A stretch of 63,257 nucleotides of DNA, filler included, from Rhabdomonas costata (Eukaryota), in NCBI GenBank assembly GCA_019059605.1. It is 49 parts of 49 records of this genome, joined end to end, with 100 filler letters (N's around TTAATTAATTAA, not from the genome) between each part and the next. Parts side by side here need not be neighbours in the genome. Positions count along the whole stretch, not along the records: positions 1 to 1,194 come from JAHMHO010024148.1; positions 1,295 to 2,488 come from JAHMHO010024149.1; positions 2,589 to 3,782 come from JAHMHO010024150.1; positions 3,883 to 5,076 come from JAHMHO010024151.1; positions 5,177 to 6,370 come from JAHMHO010024152.1; positions 6,471 to 7,659 come from JAHMHO010024153.1; positions 7,760 to 8,953 come from JAHMHO010024154.1; positions 9,054 to 10,239 come from JAHMHO010024155.1; 41 more parts are not named here. One strand, given 5' to 3'. Below the pieces are notes generated by a model. It was not told the origin of the DNA. It did no database searches and was given only the letters and a program-made list of their open reading frames with translations. This document shows positions 1 to 11,791 of the stretch, piece after piece; the stretch's first letter is position 1, and the number at the start of each line of letters is the position of its first letter. The translations under genes and the position numbers were made by a program.

Positions 1-1194
1 TGCGGTACACGTGATTTTGTAACAGTAGGCTCCACTGAATGAGAATTATTGTCAACTCCACACCTCAGGTACTCAATCAATACCTTGCTCCTGTAACGCG
101 TTTCCAACAGTATCTTTGATTGTGGTGAATGGAAGTTTCTGCAACGAAAAATTTGGCGCGCCTTCGGCTGTGTCAAGCTACAGACGCAACCGGGAGTTTT
201 GCACCTCAATTCAAAAACACCTGTCCGAAAACAGCGGCAGGAATATAGAGCAAAAAGACTTAAGGTCGGGATGTCAAAGACTTCTCTCCCAATTTCCCGG
301 AGGAGCTTACCTCATTTAAATGATGTGCAGGATCTTAAAATTCAAGCAAAAATTTGAACTTTTCTTCAGAAAACCAAAAAGCAAAGGAACACAGCGAAAC
401 TCACCAACGATAAGACCGGAAAATGCAACACACTGCTCGGAAAACGAAACAGCCGTCTGAAAGAGCTTCCCCATGACAGTCTCCAGCATCCCCACCGTGG
501 CGAAGGCCCAGCAAGAGCCACACGTACCCTGACAGGCGAATGATGTGCGGGGGTTTCAAGTTGAATAGAAAATACATTTGCTGAACCCGCCGCCACATGT
601 TTCGCGCTCCTTAACCAAACAAGCACGCATCCACACCGAGAGGTGCGCGCATTGACCTTTGCCATTGCTGTGTCTCCGCGGCAATGAAAAAGCCAATTGC
701 TATTCTCGGTTGCTCATCAACTCTCGAAGCCAAATATACCAATTTTTTCACAGTTTTTCAGTTCAAAAGGATGGAAATTTGTCATACAAACGAAGGTGCT
801 TCAGTATCGAGGCTCCATGGGAAGCAAGCCCGGAAGGACACCGCCGTCATCACCAGCACTAGCACCGCCACCGCCACCGAAAAATAAAATGAACCAACTT
901 TCCGCTTAGTTCAAAAGCACAGGAACAAAGCAAGTCAACCCTGGGCGCCTCAGTTCCGTGGCTCCACGGATTCACGCCACCACCACCTTAATCTTTGTGC
1001 CTAATCTGGAAACCACTTGTATGGCAGCCGAGCCCACACCGAAACACTCAGGGCCCCTCTGCGCAAGGTACGCGAACCTGGTCTTTAGGCGAAGGAAAGC
1101 CTGGCAGGACTCGGGGATCGTACACCAAAGGGAGGTTGCCCGTGCCCTGAGCACGCTGACGGGAGTGCGGCAGGCTTTCCTTCACCCAAACAAA

Positions 1195-1294
1195 NNNNNN
1201 NNNNNNNNNNNNNNNNNNNNNNNNNNNNNNNNNNNNNNTTAATTAATTAANNNNNNNNNNNNNNNNNNNNNNNNNNNNNNNNNNNNNNNNNNNN
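1195..1294. other. Artificial contig spacer N44-TTAATTAATTAA-N44 (first of 48, recurring about every 1.29 kb)
   Basis: Identical 100-nt block with stops in all six frames separates 49 contigs of nearly equal length (about 1193 nt). Confidence 0.99.
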
Positions 1295-2593
1295 GTTTTG
1301 GGGTTCAGGAATGGGTGGGGGTAAAACCCTTCGATTGCCTTCAGTGATCCACCAACCCGCTCCCTGGGTGATCTCTCACATGAACCCCCCTCCCCCCCCA
1401 AAAAAAAAGCAGAGGAGGGAGCCCGACGACACCGCAGGACGGTGGCGGGTGTCGTAAAGTCGAAAACTGAACTAGATCGCCGGTTGGGACCCATGAAAGA
1501 CACTCTTGAGTTGAATCCATGATCCTGATTTGAGCTTCTGAGCCTCTGCCAGCATGTTTTACCCCGACTCGACAGCCTGAAGTGTCCCGTTTTTTTTGTC
1601 AGCAAATGTGTGTCCCCCCCACCCCCGAAACGGGATGTTAGTGGAAAGTTAAAACACGTAGTATCTTGAGCCGCTGCGCTCCGCGACCCTGAAAATCCTG
1701 ACAAACGCCAAGGGATGTGGTCATTATCCTCTCACAGCAAAAAACCATTGGAATACCAGGGACAGGTGGGTCACCGCTTCTTGGGAGTGGGGTTTGTGTT
1801 GATAGCCTGGCCATCAGTCATCGAAATCATTGAGGGGAGGGAGTCCAAAACAGTTGCACCAATATGGACCCATTTCAAGGCCTTGGGCCAGACCCACCCG
1901 GTTTTTTCCGTCGGGATGCCGGACGGTTGAGACCAAAAGGAACTGCCTGCATTGCCTGCATTGAAGTGGGCTGTGAAGTCTCGATTCTGTGTGTGTTTCC
2001 ACCTCGGAAGCTCATGAAACCAAGCCTGCCCACATAAAACATTTTACACAGCAGTGCCACAAAGTGTGGACGCCTGCGGCAAGGCCTCCACGGCAGAAAA
2101 GCTCTCTTACAAGCAGAAGGATGAACAGCCATGTCCTTAACGCGGGAAGGGGCCCCGGCGCCATCACCGCTGGAGGGGCATCACGAGCGGGGGCTGGACA
2201 ACTTGGCGCCAGAGCGGGGCAGTTTCGCAGCGCTGCAGCCCTCCCCGCACAACGTGCTGCAGTACCAGTACAGGATCTCCTGGATCTGCGAGTTGACCAC
2301 CTCCCCAGAGAAATGCCTGTTGTGCCCTCCAGCGATGAGCCACGTGCTCAGCTTGGCTTCTGGGATGTTCCTGTTCAGAAGGGGATACCAGGAATGTGGA
2401 CCCGAAGCTATTTTGAATGGGAAGACCCAGACAAGGATTGAAGAACATCTTCCTCATGGAAATTCGGGCAACGACATTCCACGAAAAANNNNNNNNNNNN
2501 NNNNNNNNNNNNNNNNNNNNNNNNNNNNNNNNTTAATTAATTAANNNNNNNNNNNNNNNNNNNNNNNNNNNNNNNNNNNNNNNNNNNNGGGGG

Positions 2594-3781
2594 TTGGTTT
2601 TGTTCGACAAGGTTCCTGCGCTTCGCAGCTGCACCGTGCTCTGGAAAGCTTTTGCTGAAAGGTCGATCATCTTGATACCGCAATTGAATCAGCTGAAGTT
2701 GGTGGTTTTGTTCAGCTACTTTTCGCAAGTGCCTTCGACCTTTAAGTTTGTGCACCTTTGGGACGTTTTTGCGTCTAGCTCGGTTTTGCTCATCAAAAAG
2801 GCGAATGCGCTCACTGTTCTCGGTTTTGTGAACACATTCAGCAAAGCTCCTGCCCTCCTGTCTCACAAAGGTCTCTGGCGATCATTGGCAGATCGCGCAA
2901 TAGTTGTGGCACCGCAAATAGGTCGTCAAAGCATCTCGATACTCGTGAGTGGCTTCTCCAAAGTCCCCCAAATCTGTGAATACCCGAAGCTATGGGAGAC
3001 ACTTTCGGCTTCTGTGACACTTTTCGTCCGAAAAATGACACCGAAGGTTCTAGTCGACACCGTTCTTGGGTTCAGCAAAGTGCCGTCGGTTTTGGCTCGC
3101 GTGAACCTTTGGGAAGCGCTTTCGTCTCGAGCAGTTGCGTTGGCTTCCGAATTTACCCTGGAGCACCTGTTGGTCTTGGTACGCTGTTTTTCCAAAATTC
3201 CTGCGACCCACCGGGACCGGGACCTGTGGAGAGTTCTGTTCGATGGTGTGATTCATTCAGTGTCTCAGCTCTCTGAGCGCGATCTTGCCAACTGCGTGAA
3301 TGGCTTTTGTAAAGTTCCGTGTGCTTCTGGACACGCCGAGCTTTGGAATGCTTTGGCGAGGCAGTGCGTATTTTTGATCCCACAACCCTCGCCCCATGGT
3401 ATCGTTATTTTTGTTGGCGGCTTTTCGGGTGCGTCAGCAACAATTGGTGACAAGCAATTCTGGAATGCTCTGGCAAACAAATCCATCCCACTGATTCCAA
3501 AAATGACTTCGCAGGGTTTCCGCATCTTCGTGCATGGCTTTTGCAGCAATCCGGCTACTTATCCACACCGACATCTTTGGAAGGCTGTGGCATATCGTAC
3601 CGTTGCTCTAGCTCCCCATATGACACCTCAGAGCCTCTCCTTGTTTATTATTTGCCTTTCGGAAGTTCCCCTCACCACTGAAAACCGTCAGTTGTGGGAA
3701 GCGTTAGCTGATGCTGTAATACCCCTCATCCAGCAGATGACCGCGCAAGAAATTGCGGACTGTGTGAGTGGGTTTAGCAAG
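2594..3781 (+). CDS. Intronless alpha-solenoid protein fragment with about 10 tandem 39-aa repeats (OPR/HPR/FASTK-like, putative RNA-binding)
   Basis: Open across the whole contig. Repeated unit ..GFSKVP......LW.ALA..A......MT.Q.+.. with a 39-aa period, e.g. FVNTFSKAP/LVSGFSKVP/TVLGFSKVP/CVNGFCKVP. Confidence 0.75.
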
Positions 3782-5687
3782 ANNNNNNNNNNNNNNNNNN
3801 NNNNNNNNNNNNNNNNNNNNNNNNNNTTAATTAATTAANNNNNNNNNNNNNNNNNNNNNNNNNNNNNNNNNNNNNNNNNNNNAAACGCCTGCTGCCAGGG
3901 GTATCCTTGTGCAAATACAAGTGCACATGGTTGTCGTTTTTGAGGAGCACGTGCTGTTTCTCCTTTGCTCATTTGCTGGCCAGCGGACCTCCATTGTTCC
4001 CCTTCCCGCCCACACTCCTCACTCTCTCCCTCAACCATAAGGTTCGGTGAAACGGAGTGGCTAATATCCACCTCTGTCCCGAGCGCATCCCATAAAAAAC
4101 AAATCGATCTTTACGTTTGAAACTTAGAGTTGCGTAGCGCCCTTTTCTCACCGCGCTCCTAACGAATGCGCACCTCCCCTCCCCTCCCGTCTAATTGACG
4201 GAACGCATCCGGGGTTCCAAGGCGCAACAACGCATTTAATGAGATCAGAGTGATCCTATAGCCGCCGACAAATTTATGATGCCCGGTGGATACCTCATGT
4301 TTGTCCATCATGTTTGTCCTAGTGTTTGTGTATCTAACCCGCCAGGTGTTTTTAAGAAATAAACAAAAAAAGGAACTCCTCTCTCCCTCGGGCAATACTG
4401 TCTCTGTGTTCCTTCTTTTGTAGAAACTGATACCTCGCTGGAGAGCATTTCGTCAGCATGACTCCCACCGTGCTGAGCAAGAGCCGAATCGAATCCCACC
4501 CCACTCATATGCTTGCTTCTCCTGTCTTTTTTTTTCTTTGCCCGAGCTCCTTTGAAGCGGTCGGTGGAGGGCAAGAAAGTATGACTGCAGAGACCTTCTC
4601 CTCTTCGTTGAGACTCACTTACAAACAGTCTCATACACTCACAGTGGATGAACAAAGAACGAAGACGATGGAAAACATCCCAACTCATGCGTTCGCACGT
4701 TGTCACACCCAGACTTACTGAAACGTTGCTGCAGACGCATTGGCCCAAGGAAACAAAACAGCCTCCTTTCTAAGATCAAAATGTGTCTGGAAGAAGAATC
4801 CCTCAGTCTCCTCTCTGCCCATCTACACGCGTCGGACACGACTGTGTTACTCACGTTCCCCCTTCCCCCGCTCCCAAAATAGAGCATTCTCTTAGCTGGG
4901 ATGTGGGATGGGCAAAAATCTGCTCCACCTCGAGCAGTTCTGTCCCCTGGAGTTTGCTATCGAGGGTGGGGGATCTGTCTGCTCGCCGTTCTGCGTTGAT
5001 TTTTGTGCATCTTTGCGTTCCTCTTCATTCCTTCTTTTCCATCCGTCGGTTGCCAGCTGCCACTGACAATGGCAGTNNNNNNNNNNNNNNNNNNNNNNNN
5101 NNNNNNNNNNNNNNNNNNNNTTAATTAATTAANNNNNNNNNNNNNNNNNNNNNNNNNNNNNNNNNNNNNNNNNNNNGGGGGGGGTGGGTCAGGACTTGAT
5201 GGAATTAACCTTTAACTTGGAAATCACTTTTCCGAACGATTTTCGCACACACACACATCCTACGACACAAGCACTGACCAGGAACCTTGGACACAGACTC
5301 GGCATGGTTGCTACAGACCCTGACACTGACACTGACTCCGATACACTACGCACCACCACCACCAACAACAACAACAACACCTATAGCATAACCTAACCCT
5401 AACACTATATATAGCATAGCATCACCATAACATAAGAAGAACGCACACGCACGTAAGATACCCACAGCACCCTTGTCCCCCTAGCGCAAGAATCCACCAC
5501 GCCACCCACCTCAGCAACGACCTCGCCGACCCACTCGATACACACGACACCATCCCCAACCAACCCTGCATTCAACCCACACTCTAAGCAAACCGAAGGA
5601 CAAGTACCACACATCATGGGTAAGACAAGACTCGCCGAAGAACCACCGCAACACAACCACATCCCAGCACCCGAAGCACCCATCGTC

Positions 5688-6160
5688 TCAGAAACACCCG
5701 CATGGGGGGCCAATGGGCGACCCCAGAACGACGGCAGCAGGCTCAGAGCCTTCCATCACCAATTTGAGGTCACCCCACCCGTGTTGCTGAAGTGTTTCTG
5801 ATGTCAGTCCCTGGCCAGTGATGGTGGACTTGCTGAGGTTGAGGTGCACTCCGATACGCGGGCTATCCTCCAGTTGCACCTGTACACTCTTTCGGAGCGC
5901 AGGGAGGGACCCGACCATATTACCATCGTCGAGATACCATCCACTCCACTTCATATCTGGGATTTGTCGCGTTGGGCGTACGAGCGGGGCAGTTCGAGGG
6001 AGAAAAGCAATGGTTCAAAGGGGTCCCCTTGCTGAACCCTTTCTTGTGACAGTAACACCTGGTTATCGGACACAATGAGGGGAGCGGGTTGACCGTAAAG
6101 AAACCCCACCAGGGTCGCAAGTTGGGCACAAGTTCCCGCACACACGGAGCGGTACCATCC
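5688..6160 (-). mobile_element. Degenerate non-LTR retrotransposon RT fragment (CRE-like/RLE group)
   Basis: Minus-strand ORFs give FLYGQPAPL..VQQGDPFEPLLFSL (motif B), then after a frameshift WYLDDGNMVG (motif C), GVHLNLSKS and VLGSPIG. Confidence 0.85.
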
Positions 6161-6799
6161 TACAGAGCTCGCGGGCACAAGAAGGCCCGCGAGTGGAAGC
6201 TCAGGATGCTCAACCACGCTTTAAGCACAGGGCTCTGCCCTGCCGTGGGCTCGGGCTTGCGGATGCACAACCCCACCTAAGTCGGTCCACATACCTTCCA
6301 CCGAAGCCCCGACCGGTAGAAGTCCTGAAGGTTGGCCACCGCGGTCTGGCCCTCCTTCTTGTAACCAAACNNNNNNNNNNNNNNNNNNNNNNNNNNNNNN
6401 NNNNNNNNNNNNNNTTAATTAATTAANNNNNNNNNNNNNNNNNNNNNNNNNNNNNNNNNNNNNNNNNNNNGTTTTGTTGTGCACGCACTGTCCTCCATGT
6501 TTCCGACGCCTGCGCGCTTTGTAAGATGAAGGAATCTGAGTGCCAGTATTTTCTGTTGACTTCCCTGACTCATGAAAATGTCTGACTCCGTAGCCTTGTT
6601 TTTTTTGCCAGTGCTCGCGGTTGCGCGTTCGCTAATGTCATATCCGCTGTGAGCTGACTCTCGCGAATCATGGATGAATATTGCGAACCTCTTCCTGGAG
6701 TCAGGCCTTTTGGATGTGGGTCTGATGCACCCACCGGCAAAGGAAGAACTGAAAAAGTGCGGGCCTCTACGCTTGTTGGCACTTTTCCCGCGCATTCAG

Positions 6800-7659
6800 C
6801 GGCTGTACAAGGTGGGCAGTGTGCTGTGCTGGCCGGCCTTCAGCAGCACTACAGCCAAGACGCTGGTGTGTGAAAAGCTGCCCCCCCTCAAATTATATGC
6901 AATTGTTAGGGAGCCCTAACACGCTCGCAAGAGTGCTCTATTCTGGTCATTTTTTGGGGCAGGAGGTTAGGGTGTCTGGTGTAGGTGAGTCGGGGTTTTG
7001 CACGCCAGGTGGCCAACGAGTTCATCGCCCAGTTGGACACAGGCACACTATTCATGCTCACCCCGCTGGCCGAGGACGCAGGAATCGGGCAACACAGCAT
7101 GGCGAAGCACATCAAACTCTTCTCCGCGTTCCCCGAGGAGGAGGTACTTCCCCACTCCTATTCTAATTCCACCTTCACCACCTTCCCCGGCCTCCCCCCT
7201 GCCAGCATTCCTGTGCAGCAAATTGTACGTGTAAGGGCACTTGCTGCGTACTCACGCTTCTGCACTGAAGTGTAGACAACGTTGTGCCACTTCTTGACTT
7301 CTTTACTGCCGTCATTGATATTGCGGTGCCTTCCGTAGAATCCCTCATGCTTTGTGGTTCATTTTCACTGCGTCATAGGAAGTACTGTTCCCGTTCAACA
7401 CGAAATCCAAGCTGAAATCCAAGCTAGGCCACAACGCTAAGAAGTTCCTCGGGGAGCGCTTCGGAGAGCGCGACATGACCAAAGGCTACATCTATGACCT
7501 GGTCGAGATTACCGAGGCCCAGGCCAGGGAGCTCGCCCAGCGCTCGGAGAAGCAGCTGCAAGAGGCCCAGCGAAACCTCATTCTGGCCATTCGCAAAGGT
7601 GGTCTCACCGCGGTACTTGTGCACCCCATCGGAAGCGTCATCATCAGTGGGGATTCTTA
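6800..7659 (+). CDS. R-S-E class mono-ADP-ribosyltransferase (ART) domain protein, partial; exons 6800-6865, 6985-7143, 7379-7659
   Basis: Two GT-AG introns join RLYKVGSVLCWPAFSSTTAK (STS-type motif), GTLF and IKLFSAFPEEE|EVLFPFNT (ExE catalytic motif) in frame. Confidence 0.85.
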
Positions 7660-10600
7660 NNNNNNNNNNNNNNNNNNNNNNNNNNNNNNNNNNNNNNNNN
7701 NNNTTAATTAATTAANNNNNNNNNNNNNNNNNNNNNNNNNNNNNNNNNNNNNNNNNNNNAGACAGTGGCTAAAGGCTCTGAGCCCAGTGGCGTTTGAAAC
7801 TCCTGGTCTCATGGTTTTTAGGGCTGGGCGTTCTGGCCACAGGTCTGTGCCTTCGCCAGCGGTGTTATCGTCGCGATCAGCCCCTACGTTACTGCTAACG
7901 CTGACCTTCTGCGGCTCTCCTACTCCTTTGATACCGGAATGATGATGTGAGCCCACAACGTGGTGAACGTTTTCAAATCATCCGTGCCCATCCCGCCGTA
8001 CTACCTGCTCGGGGTCGCCCTCAAGGATGCCGGAGCCTCGCCCATTAACCTTATCGTGCAGCAGTGGAGTGTTGTCCAGGTGCCGGTAGGTTCTCGCTCC
8101 ATGTGCTGAAAATGCATCCGGAAAATAAATGGGAAAATCTGGCGGTGGATGGGGCCTGCTGGCAAAGCTTTGCAACTCCGATCGTTTGGTCTGTCGACCA
8201 AAGCAATTACATCGAATGTCGGTAATGTCACCAGTGGCTACAGCAAAGGCTCGAAACTCAGAGATGGAAGAGCAGAGGGACAGCGGGAGTCCAAGGCGGA
8301 GCCAAGGAAACAAGAAGGCCGCCAAAGTACTAAATAAGCTCCAATTAAAAACAAAAAGAAGAAAGTTGAAAGCCACGAAGGCACGTTGCATGACGCAGGT
8401 TTGGAAAATAGCACTGAAAATCAAATTTATTGAAGGATGTTTTTTTGAAAGTTTTTTGGACCAGTTTTTATTACTTTGTCCTTTTGTTATTAGGGTTGAA
8501 TGTGGCAAGTTTTCTAAACGGAAATGCCGGCTCAAAATTCAGAGTGTAGTGCAGTTTTTTAATGCAGCTGTTGCCGCTTTTATGGTGAACGACGGCGTGG
8601 CTTTGCTTTTGCTTCTGGTTGTACTTTTGCGTAATTCCAATCAAAAGCTGCACCAGAAAAGCCACGTTGAATACCTAGAGATCGCTGCAGCGCTCCCGCA
8701 GAAGTTAAGTCACCAGGTTTCCTTGCAAAGCTCGTAACCACTTCCAATTCTTAGCTTGTACTCCTGATATGGGACGCAAGGTCATGTTGACACACAATGT
8801 AAGTTCATAGTAGTGATACTGCTGAACATCGAGACCAGTGAAGCCAGAGTAATACGCCCGCTGGTGAAGCATAAGTCGTGAGGCTGCAAACCTGGCCGCG
8901 ACATGTGGCACCAAACCTTGTGCTCTACTTCTACTACTTTTTTCCAACCACCCNNNNNNNNNNNNNNNNNNNNNNNNNNNNNNNNNNNNNNNNNNNNTTA
9001 ATTAATTAANNNNNNNNNNNNNNNNNNNNNNNNNNNNNNNNNNNNNNNNNNNNGGGGGTCGAGTTTCAGCCTCACACCCGTCTTGTTGTTTGAGCGCGTT
9101 CTGCATGGGTCGTGACCCTCTTGGTTAGCATATTTTACTTCTTCCAACAATTCTGATAGCCACTGTGATAGCCCTATAGACCATCAGCGTGGTGTAAGCC
9201 TCCCGCCCAAGATCACCCCCTCCGCTGTTGAGACATAAACCGATACAAGACTCCTGGTGGAGGGACGCATTGTCGCGGGAATAAAGCGTATGCAGCTCCC
9301 ACTCCCCCGGGGACCGTGCGCCGCATTCTCAACCGCCCTCGAATTCTGGAGCCAGAGTTTTAGTTACTCTTGTCACTTTGAAAAGGTGAGTTTTCGACAA
9401 ACGGTGCCAACACCATGTGAATGATTTCATTTTAGAAATTGTAATGGTTTCTTCCATGGGTGCACTGCCGGTATGGTTCTTACTGGGGGACACTGTCTGG
9501 GGATTCCCATCTAAGAATGATGCTGTCCAAGGACCTAGATTTGACTTTGATGAAACGAGCTGGACAGCTTTGCGCCGCCGGAACGTAGCGCGCTGAGGGA
9601 ACTTGCCCTTTGAAGGATGGGGTTGGGAAATGTAACCAGTATTCTTCGTGAGCGACGAGGGAATGCTGTCTACCCAATCCGTGGAATTCCCTTGTCGTTG
9701 CCTTGTCGGGTGGGGCACCGTGGGCAATGATGATGTCCTGAAGCAAACACGGGGGGCAGCAATCGTGATTCCGTTTTATGCTCTCTTATATCAATTCGCG
9801 GTAGATTAGATCTGTCAAGGCGACCAGTTCAGTTCCTTGAAGGGAGTGCTCTTCCGGTGCTCTTCCTTTAAGGGAGGCCTTTTGGGAGGGGAGGTTGTAT
9901 CGCTTCGCCACCTCTTTTTCTTCGATGTCTCTTGCCTGGGGTTTTTGTTTGTGTGTGGGCTCACAGGAGATGCCCGCGACTGCGGCGGGAGTCACTTCTC
10001 AGGTGCGGAGAATACAGTCGGCGGTGTTCAGTGGCTCTCTTTGCGTGTGTTTTCCGTGTGTTTGCGGTGTGGACTGTTCTGATCCTCGATGCAGTGAGCC
10101 GTCGGGTGAAATCTCCGACGAGTTGCGGGAGCGCTGTGGGGATGTGGCAAAGTGTATGCGCTCTTTGGGTCGAACGTGCATGTGTGGGTGTGAAGTGGCT
10201 GCTCCGATTTCCCTCGCCCCCTCTCTCCGGGGCATGGGANNNNNNNNNNNNNNNNNNNNNNNNNNNNNNNNNNNNNNNNNNNNTTAATTAATTAANNNNN
10301 NNNNNNNNNNNNNNNNNNNNNNNNNNNNNNNNNNNNNNNGTTTGTGGGGATGTCGATAGGTGGTTTCAGTGCCACAAATCAATACTCTGAAAAGCCGCAA
10401 TGAAACCACCTATCGACATCCCCACAGTTGACATAGACCTGCATTAAAAGAAACATGCACCCATTCAAAGTAGTCCCAGTAAATGCTGGAACTAATACTA
10501 CCATGGTGGTACCACTGCAAAGTGCGGATTCACTACCCAGTGCGAAGGATATTCCAGGGCAGTCGTTAAAGTTTTGATATCGGTTCCTTAACCGTTCGCT

Positions 10601-11097
10601 TGACTTTGTATTGCATTATATTGTTGACGATGTATTCCATGTCGTATTCCATGTCACAATAATAATGAAGTGCTTCACTCCCAACTTTCGTAACGACGAT
10701 GGGCTGCAGGACTGAGAATCAGCATTCTAAGCATTAGCCCGCCCCGTTTGAGAGAAGTAAATGCAGCAACGCGGAAGCTGACCCAATTGCAGCGAACATT
10801 ACGAATACACCCCGTGCCGCAATCGATTGCCTTGCCTCTGCTCTTACGAAGGACTGAGACAAGCCGCAGTCACCCAAACTCACAGAAAAGTCTGGCCCAA
10901 CCCCAAATGTAACTTGCACAAACAACGAAGGCGATAGGAAAACTTTCTGATCCAGTTACAACAACAGCACACTCAAGCCTCAAGCCAAAGGCGGCTCTGT
11001 ACAGATGCATCCTCACCATTTCACACAAACACACTCTACTTCGCCAAAGGACCGCACGTGTGAGAAGTAGGGCTGATGGCACCGGAGTGCAGCAAGC

Positions 11098-11407
11098 TCA
11101 AATGTCCATGAAAGCAATGTCGTATTCGATGGTGGGAATCATCACCTGGATCATCTTCAAGAAAACGATCAGGTACCTTGCAGAGAAAGGGAAATTCAAG
11201 CAAGCATCGGATTTCTACCAATCACAAATTCTGCCGTGAGGCTGCCACTTTCCCGAGGATAAGAGATTTCTATCAGTTTTTCACTCAGTTTCTCTCGCCT
11301 AAGCCGAAGCGCAGGGCGAGGGGAAAATACAGCGACCCAGAGCGCAGGACAGAGCGACATACAAGTCCGGACGCATCATCGGGGCTTCCGCCGGGTCGAA
11401 GGACTCG
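11098..11407 (-). CDS. Putative 3' end of an unidentified gene; exons 11407-11363, 11176-11098
   Basis: GTATGT..AG intron joins ESFDPAEAPMMRPDL|YLIVFLKMIQVMIPTIEYDIAFMDI* in frame. No family recognised. Confidence 0.4.
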
Positions 11408-11713
11408 CTGAGTCAGACCGAGAAACAGAGAGGTGAGAAAACGCAGGGAGGATGTTCAGCGACCCATCCATTCCATCCTTTTTTCTATCTACGTGATCCA
11501 AAAACTTACTCCACAAAAAGTGCCACCAACACNNNNNNNNNNNNNNNNNNNNNNNNNNNNNNNNNNNNNNNNNNNNTTAATTAATTAANNNNNNNNNNNN
11601 NNNNNNNNNNNNNNNNNNNNNNNNNNNNNNNNGGTGGTGGGGGGAAACATATGTGTGAGGGGATGGAGGTTTGAGGGAAGGTCTGTACCTTCTTCCGCAC
11701 CCTTCCCCCGGGG

Positions 11714-11791
11714 GACCTTACCTGGCATTCCTTCCGCCGTGGGGGTGCCACCACACTCCTTCACCTCGGGCTCAACCCCGCCCAACTGCAG
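11714..11791 (+). mobile_element. Tyrosine recombinase fragment (DIRS/Ngaro/VIPER/TATE-type YR element remnant)
   Basis: Translates DLTWHSFRRGGATTLLHLGLNPAQLQ, the H-x-x-R box II (HSxRRGGAT). The downstream GRW..Y segment is missing. Confidence 0.7.

Noticed and set aside
5391-5403. CCTAACCCTAAC telomere-like motif
   Set aside because: Only two units inside a low-complexity A/C-rich tract.
8471-8947. Minus-strand frame that continues through one TAA and one TAG, suggesting stop-to-Gln recoding
   Set aside because: No recognisable protein, and the long host ORFs and conserved exons contain no in-frame TAA/TAG and use CAA/CAG; decay or chance is more likely.
10343-10426. 26-bp perfect inverted repeat with a 32-nt loop
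   Set aside because: One arm begins at the contig end inside primer-like bases; the same pattern in five contigs indicates amplification fold-back chimeras.
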